This document shows positions 8,421 to 17,763 of a stretch of DNA of 64,000 nt, piece after piece; positions within the stretch are counted from its first letter, which is position 1, and each line of letters starts with the position of its first letter. The notes beneath the pieces are model-generated. The model did not search any database. It was not told the origin of the DNA and saw nothing but the letters and a program-made list of their open reading frames with translations. This DNA comes from Candidatus Bathyarchaeota archaeon RBG_16_48_13 (GTDB taxonomy: Archaea; Thermoproteota; Bathyarchaeia; RBG-16-48-13). The translations under genes were made by a program, and so were the position numbers. Location of the stretch: positions 9,725-73,724 of the forward strand of contig MEZH01000007.1 of assembly GCA_001775995.1 (NCBI GenBank), in the 5' to 3' direction.

Positions 8421-9494
8421 TCAGCGCTCTCTTTCTCCTTCGATGAATTCCTCCACCCACCTCTTGGCGATATCATATGGTAGCTGTTGGGGTGGATGCT
8501 TGAAGGCGAACGCGGATATGCTCAGCAGTGGCCCCTTTATTTCCCTGTCAAGCGCGATCTTGGTGGCCCTGACGGCATCGATGACTATACCAGCACTGTT
8601 CGGGGAGTCGATCACGTCCAGCTTGGCATCTATGATTACGGGGGTGTTGCCGAAGTATCTTCCCTTTATGTTGATGTAGCAGATCTTCTTGTTCTCCAGG
8701 AAATCTACGTAGTCGCTCGGACCTATCCTCAGCGGTATAGGATATGGAACCATGGCCCTGACGGCACTGGTCTTGCTCTCTCTCTTTGACACCAGCCGTT
8801 CCTCCTCTATCATGTTCAGGAAGTCGGTATCGCCGCCAATGTTCAGCTGGTAGCTCTCCTCCACCTTGACCCCTCGGTCAACCAAGAGCTTGACCATGGT
8901 CTTGTGGAGCACGGTTGCGCCTATCTGGCTCATGACGTCGTCGCCGGCGACCGGCAGTCCTGCTCTGTCGAACTTCTTCTGCCAGGCGGGTATGGAGGCT
9001 ATGAATGACGGCATACAGTTGACTAACGCGCAGCCGGCCTCGATGGCGCGGGTAGCGTACCACTTTGTGGCCGCCTCGCTGCCGACGGGCAGGTAATTGA
9101 CCAATAGCTCCGCTCCTGAGTCCTTCAAGACCTTGGATACGTCGACAGGCTCCTGCGACTTGTCCACCTTGACGACTGGCTTCAGGTATTTGCCCAAGCC
9201 GTCCATTACCGGACCCTTCTTGACCTCAACACCGAGGAGGGGCACGGAGCTGTACTTGACGGTGTTGTTGGGCGAAGTGAATATCGCCTCTCCAAGGTCC
9301 TTCCCGACCTTGTCAGCGTTCACGTCGAATGCCGCCACGAACTCCAAGTCCCTGGGTCGGTATCCGCCGAAGTTGGCTCTGAGCAGTCCGGGAACGAACT
9401 CCTCCTCACTCGCGTTCCGATAATATTGGGCGCCCTGGATCAGGGCAGAAGCGCAGTTGCCCACGCCGACCAGAGCGATCTTTATCTTGGCCAC
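8421..9494 (-). CDS. ino1: myo-inositol-1-phosphate synthase
   Basis: KIALVGVGNCASALIQG, GDDVMSQIGAT, QLNIGGDTDFLNM, DSPNSAG. Probable GTG start at 9494 (the ORF track extends to 9692). Confidence 0.95.
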   Translation of the reverse strand: MAKIKIALVGVGNCASALIQGAQYYRNASEEEFVPGLLRANFGGYRPRDLEFVAAFDVNADKVGKDLGEAIFTSPNNTVKYSSVPLLGVEVKKGPVMDGLGKYLKPVVKVDKSQEPVDVSKVLKDSGAELLVNYLPVGSEAATKWYATRAIEAGCALVNCMPSFIASIPAWQKKFDRAGLPVAGDDVMSQIGATVLHKTMVKLLVDRGVKVEESYQLNIGGDTDFLNMIEEERLVSKRESKTSAVRAMVPYPIPLRIGPSDYVDFLENKKICYINIKGRYFGNTPVIIDAKLDVIDSPNSAGIVIDAVRATKIALDREIKGPLLSISAFAFKHPPQQLPYDIAKRWVEEFIEGERER

Positions 9495-9630
9495 TGAAAT
9501 TGCCCCCAGTATTTTATGGTCATAAAATAGTTTGGAGCCTATTAAAAACCTTACCGCCGAGCAAAAAGAGGAAAACGCACATACCTTAAATAAAGAACAT
9601 CTAGACAATGCATATGCTATTGGGTGATTC

Positions 9631-10548
9631 GTGATGCAGAAGACAGAGAAGATATGGATGAACGGCAAGATGGTCAAGTGGGACGACGCCAAAGTCCACG
9701 TACTAACCCACGCGCTGCATTATGGAACAGGCTTCTTCGAGGGCATCCGATGCTACAACACAGTCAACGGACCCGCTATTTTCAGGCTGGAAGAACACGT
9801 CAAGAGGTTCTTCAGAACCGCAAAGATTTACGACATGAAGATCCCCTTCACTCAAGCCCAGCTGATGAATGAGATCAAAGGTGTTGTTAAGGCCAACGGG
9901 CTGAAGGAGTGCTACATTCGCCCTGTGGGTTATTATGGCTACGGAGAAATGGGACTCGATGTCAGCAACAACCTGGTAGAGGTGGCCATAGCTGCCTGGC
10001 CCTGGGGAGCCCTTCTGGGCGACGAGGCGTTGAAGAAAGGGGTCAGGTGCAAGATCTCTTCATGGGCCAGGATAGACTCCAGGTCGATGCCCGCACTAGC
10101 AAAATCCGCCGCCAATTACGCCAACGCGGTCCTCGCCAAGATGGAAGTCACGAAACTGGGCTTCGACGAAGCGATCCTGCTAAACATATACGGTCAACTG
10201 ACAGAAGGCCCCGGCGAGAACGTCTTCATAGTTAGCGACGGCACAATTGCAACCCCGCCTTTGAGCGCGGGAATCCTAGAGGGGATCACAAGGGACTCAG
10301 TGATGACAATCGCCAAAGATCAGAAGATGCCTCTGGTTGAAAAGAACGTGATGAGGGAAGAACTCTACACCTGCGACGAAGCGTTCTTCGCTGGCACTGC
10401 GGTCGAGATAACTCCTATACGGGAGATTGACGGCCGCGTCATAGGGAGAGGTACCAGAGGGCCGGTCACCGAGAAGCTGCAGAGACTCTTCTTCGACGTG
10501 GTCAAGGGTAAGAACACCAAGTATCGGGCGTGGCTTGACCCCGTCTAG
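9631..10548 (+). CDS. ilvE: Branched-chain amino acid aminotransferase
   Basis: THALHYGTGFFEGIRCY, AKSAANY (PLP Lys), EGPGENVF, LEGITR, GTAVEITPI. Confidence 0.96.
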   Translation: MMQKTEKIWMNGKMVKWDDAKVHVLTHALHYGTGFFEGIRCYNTVNGPAIFRLEEHVKRFFRTAKIYDMKIPFTQAQLMNEIKGVVKANGLKECYIRPVGYYGYGEMGLDVSNNLVEVAIAAWPWGALLGDEALKKGVRCKISSWARIDSRSMPALAKSAANYANAVLAKMEVTKLGFDEAILLNIYGQLTEGPGENVFIVSDGTIATPPLSAGILEGITRDSVMTIAKDQKMPLVEKNVMREELYTCDEAFFAGTAVEITPIREIDGRVIGRGTRGPVTEKLQRLFFDVVKGKNTKYRAWLDPV

Positions 10549-12020
10549 GCAGTGATTTCCCCTTTTTTCCATCCCTTTATCGGTGTTCCGAACTTCTTTT
10601 CCACCTCAGGCCGGTGGATCGTGTTCATTGTGCAGAAGGGGATGATCCTGCCGTCCGGTACGGCGTAGTGGATGCAGCACCGCTCAACCCTCTCGAGGTC
10701 GAAGTTGTATCCGTCCATGAAGTGCATGCATCCTATCAAGACCATCTTCCTCATGAGTTTGCCCAGCGAGTTATAGGAGCCCTCCTTGAAGACGCCCCCC
10801 ATTAGGTTCTGCAGAAGGGTGAAGTCAACGTGTCTCAGGGCGGCCATCATCTTGAGTTTGGCGCGCGTCTTGGAGCCCTTCGCTGCAAGATCGTAGACCC
10901 CCTCCATCGAGTGCATGAATTTGACCACGTCGGCGTGCCGAGTTATCGGGGTGAGTTTGTCCCCTTCGGCAAATATGAAGGTGGCCGAGCCACAGTGCTG
11001 ATGGGCCGTGAACTCCGGGTAGCGCTTGTCCTTCAAGGCACCAACGGCTCTTGAGACCGGCAATACCACGGGTATGGGGTAGAAGTCCGACACCTTGATC
11101 TGCCCGCCGGTCTGCGCCTCGCAGAGCTTCCAGAAATCTGGGACGGTGATCCTCATCTTCTTCTGCTTCGCCCTGTCTATGCGTCCGGTTATGGAGACGG
11201 GCTGGAAGTTGACCCCCCTGACAACATCCGAGTTGGCAGCGGCAAACCTTATTATGTCGCCTATCTGGCCGTCGTTCACTCCACGGACGAGGGTTGGGAC
11301 CAGCACAACGCTGTCGCATCCAACCTTCCGGGCGTTCTCAATCGCTTTCATCTTCACCGGAAGGAGATCGAGGCCTCGTGCCTCTATGTACGGTTCGGGC
11401 GTCAGTCCATCGAACTGGAGGTAGAATGTGCTCGCCCCAGCATCAATGAGTCCTTTCAAGTACTCGGGGTCCTTTGAGATCCTGATGCCGTTTGTGTTGA
11501 CCTCGATGTGGTCGAACCCCACCCCTTTCGCCATCCGGATCAGCTCCGGAAGGTCCTCTCGGACCGTGGGCTCCCCTCCGGAAAACTGCAGGGCTGTAGC
11601 CGGGACCGGCAGGTTTCCCCTAAGGTTGATCAGCATCTCCTTGATCTGTGCCTGAGTTGGCTCATAGAGGTAACCCGTGGCGCCCGCGTGGGCGAAGCAT
11701 ATCGGGCAAGCTAGGTTACACCTGTTCGTCACGTCTATAATGGATAATACGGTGTGAGACTTGTGATTGGGACATATGCCGCAGTCCATCGGACACCCCA
11801 AGTTCTTGGCGGTCCGAGGGTTCTTCAGGCCCTCACCTATGCAGGCGTAGCTGTTGGCCCATTCCCAGAGTTCGTAGTCCGACCAGTACACATCCTCATA
11901 GTATCCGTGGTCCGGGCACGTCTTCTTGATCAGCACTTGGCCGTTTTCCTCAACCAAGTCAGCTGGGATGACCTTCAAGCATTCCGGGCATAGACTGTTC
12001 GTCTTCTTGAGGAACTTCAT
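10545..12020 (-). CDS. tes: Radical SAM tetraether lipid synthase (Tes/GDGT-MAS, MJ0619 family)
   Basis: N-terminal CPEC...CPDH, CPMDCGICPNH, radical SAM CNLACPIC, HQHCG and C-terminal CCIHYAVPDGRIIPFC. Confidence 0.9.
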   Translation of the reverse strand: MKFLKKTNSLCPECLKVIPADLVEENGQVLIKKTCPDHGYYEDVYWSDYELWEWANSYACIGEGLKNPRTAKNLGCPMDCGICPNHKSHTVLSIIDVTNRCNLACPICFAHAGATGYLYEPTQAQIKEMLINLRGNLPVPATALQFSGGEPTVREDLPELIRMAKGVGFDHIEVNTNGIRISKDPEYLKGLIDAGASTFYLQFDGLTPEPYIEARGLDLLPVKMKAIENARKVGCDSVVLVPTLVRGVNDGQIGDIIRFAAANSDVVRGVNFQPVSITGRIDRAKQKKMRITVPDFWKLCEAQTGGQIKVSDFYPIPVVLPVSRAVGALKDKRYPEFTAHQHCGSATFIFAEGDKLTPITRHADVVKFMHSMEGVYDLAAKGSKTRAKLKMMAALRHVDFTLLQNLMGGVFKEGSYNSLGKLMRKMVLIGCMHFMDGYNFDLERVERCCIHYAVPDGRIIPFCTMNTIHRPEVEKKFGTPIKGWKKGEITA

Positions 12021-12113
12021 CTGCGACCAACTCTCGACTGGAACGAAATGTTCTTGAGGGCGGGCGCTATAAGAATGTTTTCACACAATTCACCGTATAA
12101 GAAGGGTGATAAG

Positions 12114-12875
12114 ATGAGCTCCAGCGATAAGACCAAGAAGGCCCTGCAAAGCCTGGGTCTAACCGACTACGAAGCCCGCGCCTACTTGTCGCTCGTCGAA
12201 TTTGGCCTCCTGACGGCCAACGAGGTCAGCGGCAACTCCAACGTGCCCTACTCCAAATCCCACACCGTCCTCTCCGGCCTTGAGGCAAAAGGGTGGATAA
12301 CCGTCGAACCGGGGAGACCGGGCAGGTACAAGGCTAGACCCCCCACAGACGCTCTGGAGGCATCGAGGTCCCAGCTACTGGGCAGGATGAAGATCCAAGA
12401 GGATCAGGTCATCAGCGAATTGACCCCGCTCTACGAGGGGAGGAGCGACAGGGAGAAGCCAGACATATGGATAATAAGGGGAGAGATGAACATCCTGAGG
12501 AAGCTCAGGGAAATCACGAATAAAGCCCAAAGGGAGATAATGATCAGCTTGCCCGCCGTGTCGAAGGAGCTAGTCCAACTCCTGGGGGTGTCACTCATGA
12601 GGCTTCAAGGGTCGAGCATAAAGGTGACGGTCATGTCAACCAGAGACATGGAAGAGGACGTCAAGAGCATGGCCGCGTTTGCCAACATCAGAGTCAGGGA
12701 TAAGATGTACGGCGGTGGAGTGATAGTGGACGAGAGAGACACGATGCTATTCATCGGCGAGGAGAACAAGCCCAAGGAAATCTTCGCCATTTGGTCCGAT
12801 CACGTCGGCCTCACAAGGCTGGCCAAGGACTATTTCCAGTACATCTGGAACTCGTCAGACACGTTGAAGACTTAG
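12114..12875 (+). CDS. TrmB family transcriptional regulator
   Basis: LGLTDYEARAYLSL...VPYSKSHTVLSGLEAKGW wHTH followed by an effector domain; probable ATG at 12114. Confidence 0.9.
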   Translation: MSSSDKTKKALQSLGLTDYEARAYLSLVEFGLLTANEVSGNSNVPYSKSHTVLSGLEAKGWITVEPGRPGRYKARPPTDALEASRSQLLGRMKIQEDQVISELTPLYEGRSDREKPDIWIIRGEMNILRKLREITNKAQREIMISLPAVSKELVQLLGVSLMRLQGSSIKVTVMSTRDMEEDVKSMAAFANIRVRDKMYGGGVIVDERDTMLFIGEENKPKEIFAIWSDHVGLTRLAKDYFQYIWNSSDTLKT

Positions 12876-12897
12876 TCCATTTGGCAGGCGAAAACTG

Positions 12898-13365
12898 TTG
12901 GATAAGACAAAGAAAATCCTGATCGTATGCACCGGAAACATGTGCAGGAGCCCCATGGCCGAGGCTATCCTGAAGGAGATGTTGGCCGAGAGGGGCGAAG
13001 GCGGCCCGGAAGTCACCTCTGCCGGAACAGATGCATTGATGGGCGGAAGGGCGACCGGGCTTGCCATGGAAACGATGAGAGACGAGGGGATCGACATCAC
13101 CGGCTTCAAATCCAAGCCCGTTGACGAAATGCTGATCAGAGAAAGCGAGCTCGTGCTGACCATGACCCTCAAACAGAAGGAGGAGATTCTTTCGAGACAC
13201 CCCAACGCCAAGGGAAAGGTATTCACCCTCAAGGAATTCGCTGGGGAATGCGGAGAGCTGGATATTGAGGATCCCTACGGGCCGGATCGCGATAGGTATC
13301 GAATGTGCGTACGGGAGATTAAGGACAACCTGAGAAAAGCTCTGCCAAGACTCCTCGCTCACTGA
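12898..13365 (+). CDS. Low-molecular-weight protein Tyr/Arg phosphatase
   Basis: P-loop CTGNMCRS and DPY motif. Confidence 0.92.
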   Translation: MDKTKKILIVCTGNMCRSPMAEAILKEMLAERGEGGPEVTSAGTDALMGGRATGLAMETMRDEGIDITGFKSKPVDEMLIRESELVLTMTLKQKEEILSRHPNAKGKVFTLKEFAGECGELDIEDPYGPDRDRYRMCVREIKDNLRKALPRLLAH

Positions 13366-13432
13366 GAAGAGGGGAATAGCAAAACTAAAAAGAACCACTC
13401 CGATAAAAGCAGCTTCTTAACCAGTCGACGGA

Positions 13433-14617
13433 GTGGGGATCTACGTGCAGGTCGGAAAGAGGCTTCTGATGGTGATCATGTGCATATCCCACTCCATGAA
13501 CCACTCCCTTCTCCTGGTCCTCTCACCACTCCTCCTAATCGCTAGCGCGGATCTCAAGGTGACCCTGGGAACATTAAGTCAGATAGCGGCCGTAGGCATG
13601 TTCATGTACGGTGGCGGGGCCATCCTGGGCGGCGCCATATCCGACAGGGTCGGAGAGGAGAGGGCGATCATGCTGTCCATGGCCCTATCAGGGCTATCCA
13701 CGCTGCTGGTATTCCTTTTGCCGGGGGTCTACGGGATAGGCGTCGGCCTCTTCATGATAGCGACTTGGTCCAGCATCTACCACCCGACAGCCAACAGCTT
13801 CATAATCAGAGTCTACAAGGAAAAAATGGCTCAATACATGAGCTGGCATGGCGTAGGTGGAGCGCTCGGCACGATGACGGCGCCGATCATCTCCACTGCG
13901 GTTGGACTGGCTTTTGGCTGGAGATATCCATATCTCCTATTCGGCTCTTTGGCAATTGTAACCTCGCTATTCTTCTACAGGTACAGGTCCGACGTCAGTC
14001 CACCTAAGGCCAGGGCGGCTAAAACCGGTTACCTGGAGACGATCAGGATCAAAGCCTTGCGCCCCCTTTTCATCTATAGTCTCCCCAACGGCTTGATCCT
14101 GAAAGGTATCGAGTTCTTCTTTCCCACGGTGCTGGCATCGAAGGGGTTCCCAGTGGAAATAGCTGGCTTCGCCCTGTCCGGGGTCCTCATCTGCGGTGTG
14201 GTGGGCCAGATCGTGGGGGGCAGGGTGTCGGAGAGGACAGGCATGAGAGACGTCGTGGTCGCTGGATCCGCACTCACGCTCATGGGGCTTCTTCTATTTC
14301 ATCTCCTGCCTCAACCCTACGGCGCGCTGATGCTCATTCTGATGTATGGCCTTGGCTTCTACGCAACCATACCCGCCTTCAACGTGATCGCCGGCAAAGC
14401 GTCCCCAGAAGACAAGAGGGGCACGGTTTTCGGGCTCTTCTTCCTGATAAACTTCGGGATAGGCAGCATATCCACCTCATTAGGCGGAATAATCATCGAC
14501 AGGTTTGGGACAGGCTACGTCTTCATCCTTCTGGCGGGGTTCGCCGTCGCACTACTGTTGGCGGCGCTGAGAATAAAGAGGGACAAACCCGAGCGCGCGC
14601 TACGAGTTGGCAAATAG
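13433..14617 (+). CDS. MFS transporter
   Basis: About 12 hydrophobic segments; GAISDRVGEE and GRVSERTGMR motif-A-like loops. Confidence 0.9.
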   Translation: MGIYVQVGKRLLMVIMCISHSMNHSLLLVLSPLLLIASADLKVTLGTLSQIAAVGMFMYGGGAILGGAISDRVGEERAIMLSMALSGLSTLLVFLLPGVYGIGVGLFMIATWSSIYHPTANSFIIRVYKEKMAQYMSWHGVGGALGTMTAPIISTAVGLAFGWRYPYLLFGSLAIVTSLFFYRYRSDVSPPKARAAKTGYLETIRIKALRPLFIYSLPNGLILKGIEFFFPTVLASKGFPVEIAGFALSGVLICGVVGQIVGGRVSERTGMRDVVVAGSALTLMGLLLFHLLPQPYGALMLILMYGLGFYATIPAFNVIAGKASPEDKRGTVFGLFFLINFGIGSISTSLGGIIIDRFGTGYVFILLAGFAVALLLAALRIKRDKPERALRVGK

Positions 14618-14816
14618 GAGAGAAAAGGCCTAGTCACGCCAGATCTTCTCCTCGCCCTTGCGTTGCTCCCAAGTTTCCCGGTCCCGCTCCTCGTGATTCT
14701 CATTCTAGCCACAACAGACTTTGGAACCAGCGTGCGGACAGTTATTTCCATCCACAGGAAATGAATGCCATTCACCTAACCCCACGGATTCAACATAGGA
14801 GAGCAAGCTAGCCACT

Positions 14817-15575
14817 TCAGCCGGCTGAGCGACCTCCATCGACCATAATCGTGGCTCCGGTCACATAGGTCGATTCATCCGATGCCAAGTGAAGGACCAC
14901 GCTGGCAATCTCCTCAGGTTCAGCCACTCGTCCCAGTGGGATGCCCTGAAGGTTGCGCTTGACCATGCTGGGATCTTTGAGGACACTCTCATACATCCTA
15001 GTGCGCACCGTTCCCGGACAGACGCAGTTGGCACGAACGTTGTACGGTGCAAGGTCCAAGGACATTGCCCTAGTGAGTTGGATCACTGCGCCCTTCGACA
15101 CGGCGTACGGCAACTCGTTGGGGAGGGCTTTCACTCCCAGGAATGACGAAATGTTGATTATTGAACCGCGGCGGCTTCTGACCATCTCTTGGGCCACATA
15201 CTTCGAACAGAAAAAGACCCCATCAACGTTGACCCTCATCACCTGGGCCCAGTCATCCTCCTTCGCGCTCAGTATTGTACCGCCTGCGTAGATCGCGGAA
15301 TTATTTACCAATATGTCGATGCGACCAAACCTCGCGAGGGTTTTTTTCACCATGCGCCTCACCTGATCCACGTCGGAGACGTCGGCTTGGATGAAGGTAG
15401 CATCTCCCCCCGAACCAGCTATTTCCCGAACGGTGGACTCTCCGGTTTTCTGGGTTCGGCCAACAACCGCTACTCTCGCACCCTCCTTTGCAAATCGCAA
15501 CGACACTGCTCGCCCTATACCAGTTCCGCCACCGGTGACGATCGCCACCTCGCCGTCGAGTCTTCCAGAACCCAT
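14817..15575 (-). CDS. SDR family NAD(P)-dependent oxidoreductase
   Basis: TGGGTGIG, ILVNNS, YAVSK, NCVCPG; probable ATG at 15575. Confidence 0.94.
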   Translation of the reverse strand: MGSGRLDGEVAIVTGGGTGIGRAVSLRFAKEGARVAVVGRTQKTGESTVREIAGSGGDATFIQADVSDVDQVRRMVKKTLARFGRIDILVNNSAIYAGGTILSAKEDDWAQVMRVNVDGVFFCSKYVAQEMVRSRRGSIINISSFLGVKALPNELPYAVSKGAVIQLTRAMSLDLAPYNVRANCVCPGTVRTRMYESVLKDPSMVKRNLQGIPLGRVAEPEEIASVVLHLASDESTYVTGATIMVDGGRSAG

Positions 15576-15760
15576 TTTGAGCCACTCTCGCACTACTTGA
15601 ACTATCAGTGCAGTCATATTTAAGATCTGAAAAACCGCGACCCTATGATGGGCAACATGTTAATATATGCCGCTGACCATAGTGTGGCAGCCGCCTTAGA
15701 TTACTTGACAGTCAAAATAGTGAACCTTCGACCGTCAGGCGACTAAAAACGGAAGGGTTT

Positions 15761-16423
15761 TTGGTTTTGGCAAGAAGTTTCGTTAACAAAGGTTTGATTA
15801 ATTATCTGTCCTACATTTCCCAGAAATATGAGGTTGAGGCTATCAAGCTTTTCAACAGCCTCATTGATGCCCGAAAGAACGGGACCGCCAAAATCGGCCC
15901 CTTGGGCATTGAGTGCCGCAGTCAGACGCCCGATCACGCCATATTCATGATAACCTCTCCCGCAGGCTTCGTTGCCCAGCTCAGGGTTGAGAATGAGATG
16001 CTGAAAACCTCCCGAAAGAACGACTTCGATATGCCCGAGAATTCGCTCAGAAGAATCAGAAAGCTTGACCCGGATAGAAACAATGGGAAGGACAGGTTAT
16101 TCAAGATAAAGGATCTCCACTCAGGCATGAAGGGAGTGAAGGTCAAGGCCAGGGTCGTATCAAAGTCCACTGTCCAGAAGGTCTTCTCGCGGTACACCTA
16201 TTCGCTTCTGCATTTCGTCAGGGCCGCAATCAGCGACGACACTGGGTCCATAAGTCTGATGCTCTGGAATGACCAGACCGACAAGATCAACATCGGTGAC
16301 ACGATAGCCATCGAGAACGGCTACGTCAAGAACTTCCGGGGTGAGAAACAGCTCGGAATAGGGAAGAACGGAAAGATCATCGTCGAAGGATTGGCGCCAA
16401 TCACTTCGCTGACTACTGCTTGA
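15761..16423 (+). CDS. OB-fold ssDNA-binding (SSB/RPA-like) protein with an uncharacterised N-terminal domain
   Basis: C-terminal KIKDL...VKVKARV...ISDDTGSISLMLWND...IENGYVKNFRGEKQLGIG; first about 110 aa unassigned. Confidence 0.8.
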   Translation: MVLARSFVNKGLINYLSYISQKYEVEAIKLFNSLIDARKNGTAKIGPLGIECRSQTPDHAIFMITSPAGFVAQLRVENEMLKTSRKNDFDMPENSLRRIRKLDPDRNNGKDRLFKIKDLHSGMKGVKVKARVVSKSTVQKVFSRYTYSLLHFVRAAISDDTGSISLMLWNDQTDKINIGDTIAIENGYVKNFRGEKQLGIGKNGKIIVEGLAPITSLTTA

Positions 16424-16596
16424 TCGGCTGAGTTTTTCCAACCTCCCCTCTTCAAACATTCTGGTTCTCTTTTCTCTTTCTATTGACTGATTCCGCCCTC
16501 CTAGACCAGCCATTTTTCTGCCGTACATAGCTTCGGATCAGCAGAAAAAGCATTATTAAGATTGATTCCACATGAAATGGATATTGATCGGCTGAG
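16420..16596. repeat. 13-nt direct repeat enclosing a 9-bp inverted repeat
   Basis: TTGATCGGCTGAG at 16420-16432 and 16584-16596; TTTTTCTGC (16513-16521) / GCAGAAAAA (16541-16549). Confidence 0.6.
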
Positions 16597-16639
16597 ATAA
16601 AGACGGTCATACCAAGAAAAACGATTCAAGGTGAATGTC

Positions 16640-17641
16640 ATGAACAGTTTCGGAATAGGCTTTACAGGGAACTTAACGGTCAAGGAGACCGTCGAGCTCA
16701 CAAAGCTAGCTGAACAGAGGGGGTTCGACTATGTATGGATAGCTGACGAGAGCCCCTCGTATCCGTTCAGAGACGCCTTCGTGAACATGACGGCCATAGC
16801 CCTGAACACCAAGAAGATAAAAATCGGATCTGCGGTCTTCGTCCCTTATTCCAGACACCCGGCGATCCTCTCAGTATTCGCCTCCACTCTGGCAGAGTTG
16901 TCGAACGACCGAGTAGCGATAGGCATTGGAAGGGGGGGCTCCATGGTGCTGAGGCCTCTTGGCATGAAAATGTGGGATAAGCCCATGGCCACGCTGAGAG
17001 AAACTCTCATAGTCATGAAGAAGTTGCTCGCAGGGGAAACGGTTGACTTCGATGGCGAGGCCATAAAGGTCAAAGGAGTGAAGTTAGCAGCTCCTCCAAA
17101 GAAGAAAGTGCCACTATACTTGGCTGCAAGAGGTCAAAAGACGCTCGAGATGGTGGGCGAGTTGGCCGACGGAGCGATGCTATCATGTCCTCCCAGATCT
17201 GAAGCGTTGAAGTATTCCCTGAAACACATCGAAGCGGGTGCTAAGGCCGCTGGCAGGAAGCTCTCAGATATAGACGTGGTGAACTATTTGCCATTCGCCG
17301 CCTCGGATAACAGAGATGAGGCCCTGGAAAGGGTCAAGACCGAAGTCGCCTTCATGGCATCAGATACACCCGACGAGGTCCATCAACTGATCGGCACCAA
17401 TATGGTGAAGATGAACGAAGTCAGAAAGGCATTGAGAGAAGGCGGGCTGGAGAAGGCGATGAAAGCTATTCCGAACGAGATTGTGGCAAACTTCTCCATC
17501 GCAGGAACACTTGACGATTGCATGAAGGCAATCTCAGAGAATTTCAAGTACGGTGCAAACCAGTTGACGGTCGCCATTGAGGGTGACAAAGAACTCGGCA
17601 TGAGACTGATGGGAGACAAGATCATACCTAAATTCAGGTAG
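16640..17641 (+). CDS. LLM-class (F420-dependent, Mer-like) oxidoreductase
   Basis: GFDYVWIADE, PYSRHPA, IGIGRG, VPLYLAARG, GELADG, FSIAGT; GGTGA RBS before ATG 16640. Confidence 0.88.
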   Translation: MNSFGIGFTGNLTVKETVELTKLAEQRGFDYVWIADESPSYPFRDAFVNMTAIALNTKKIKIGSAVFVPYSRHPAILSVFASTLAELSNDRVAIGIGRGGSMVLRPLGMKMWDKPMATLRETLIVMKKLLAGETVDFDGEAIKVKGVKLAAPPKKKVPLYLAARGQKTLEMVGELADGAMLSCPPRSEALKYSLKHIEAGAKAAGRKLSDIDVVNYLPFAASDNRDEALERVKTEVAFMASDTPDEVHQLIGTNMVKMNEVRKALREGGLEKAMKAIPNEIVANFSIAGTLDDCMKAISENFKYGANQLTVAIEGDKELGMRLMGDKIIPKFR

Positions 17642-17763
17642 CTCATCTCTTTTTCTCTCCTTCTTATGAATAGTCGTTTCTCAGCCAGTCGACAAGGCGT
17701 TTCTCGAATCGACAGTCATAATTAAATCTCCTCGGCGCCTATGAGTATTCGAGGCCTTTTCAA

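Noticed and set aside
14620-14790. Possible degenerate small ORF between the MFS and SDR genes
   Set aside because: No frame gives a coherent recognisable protein.
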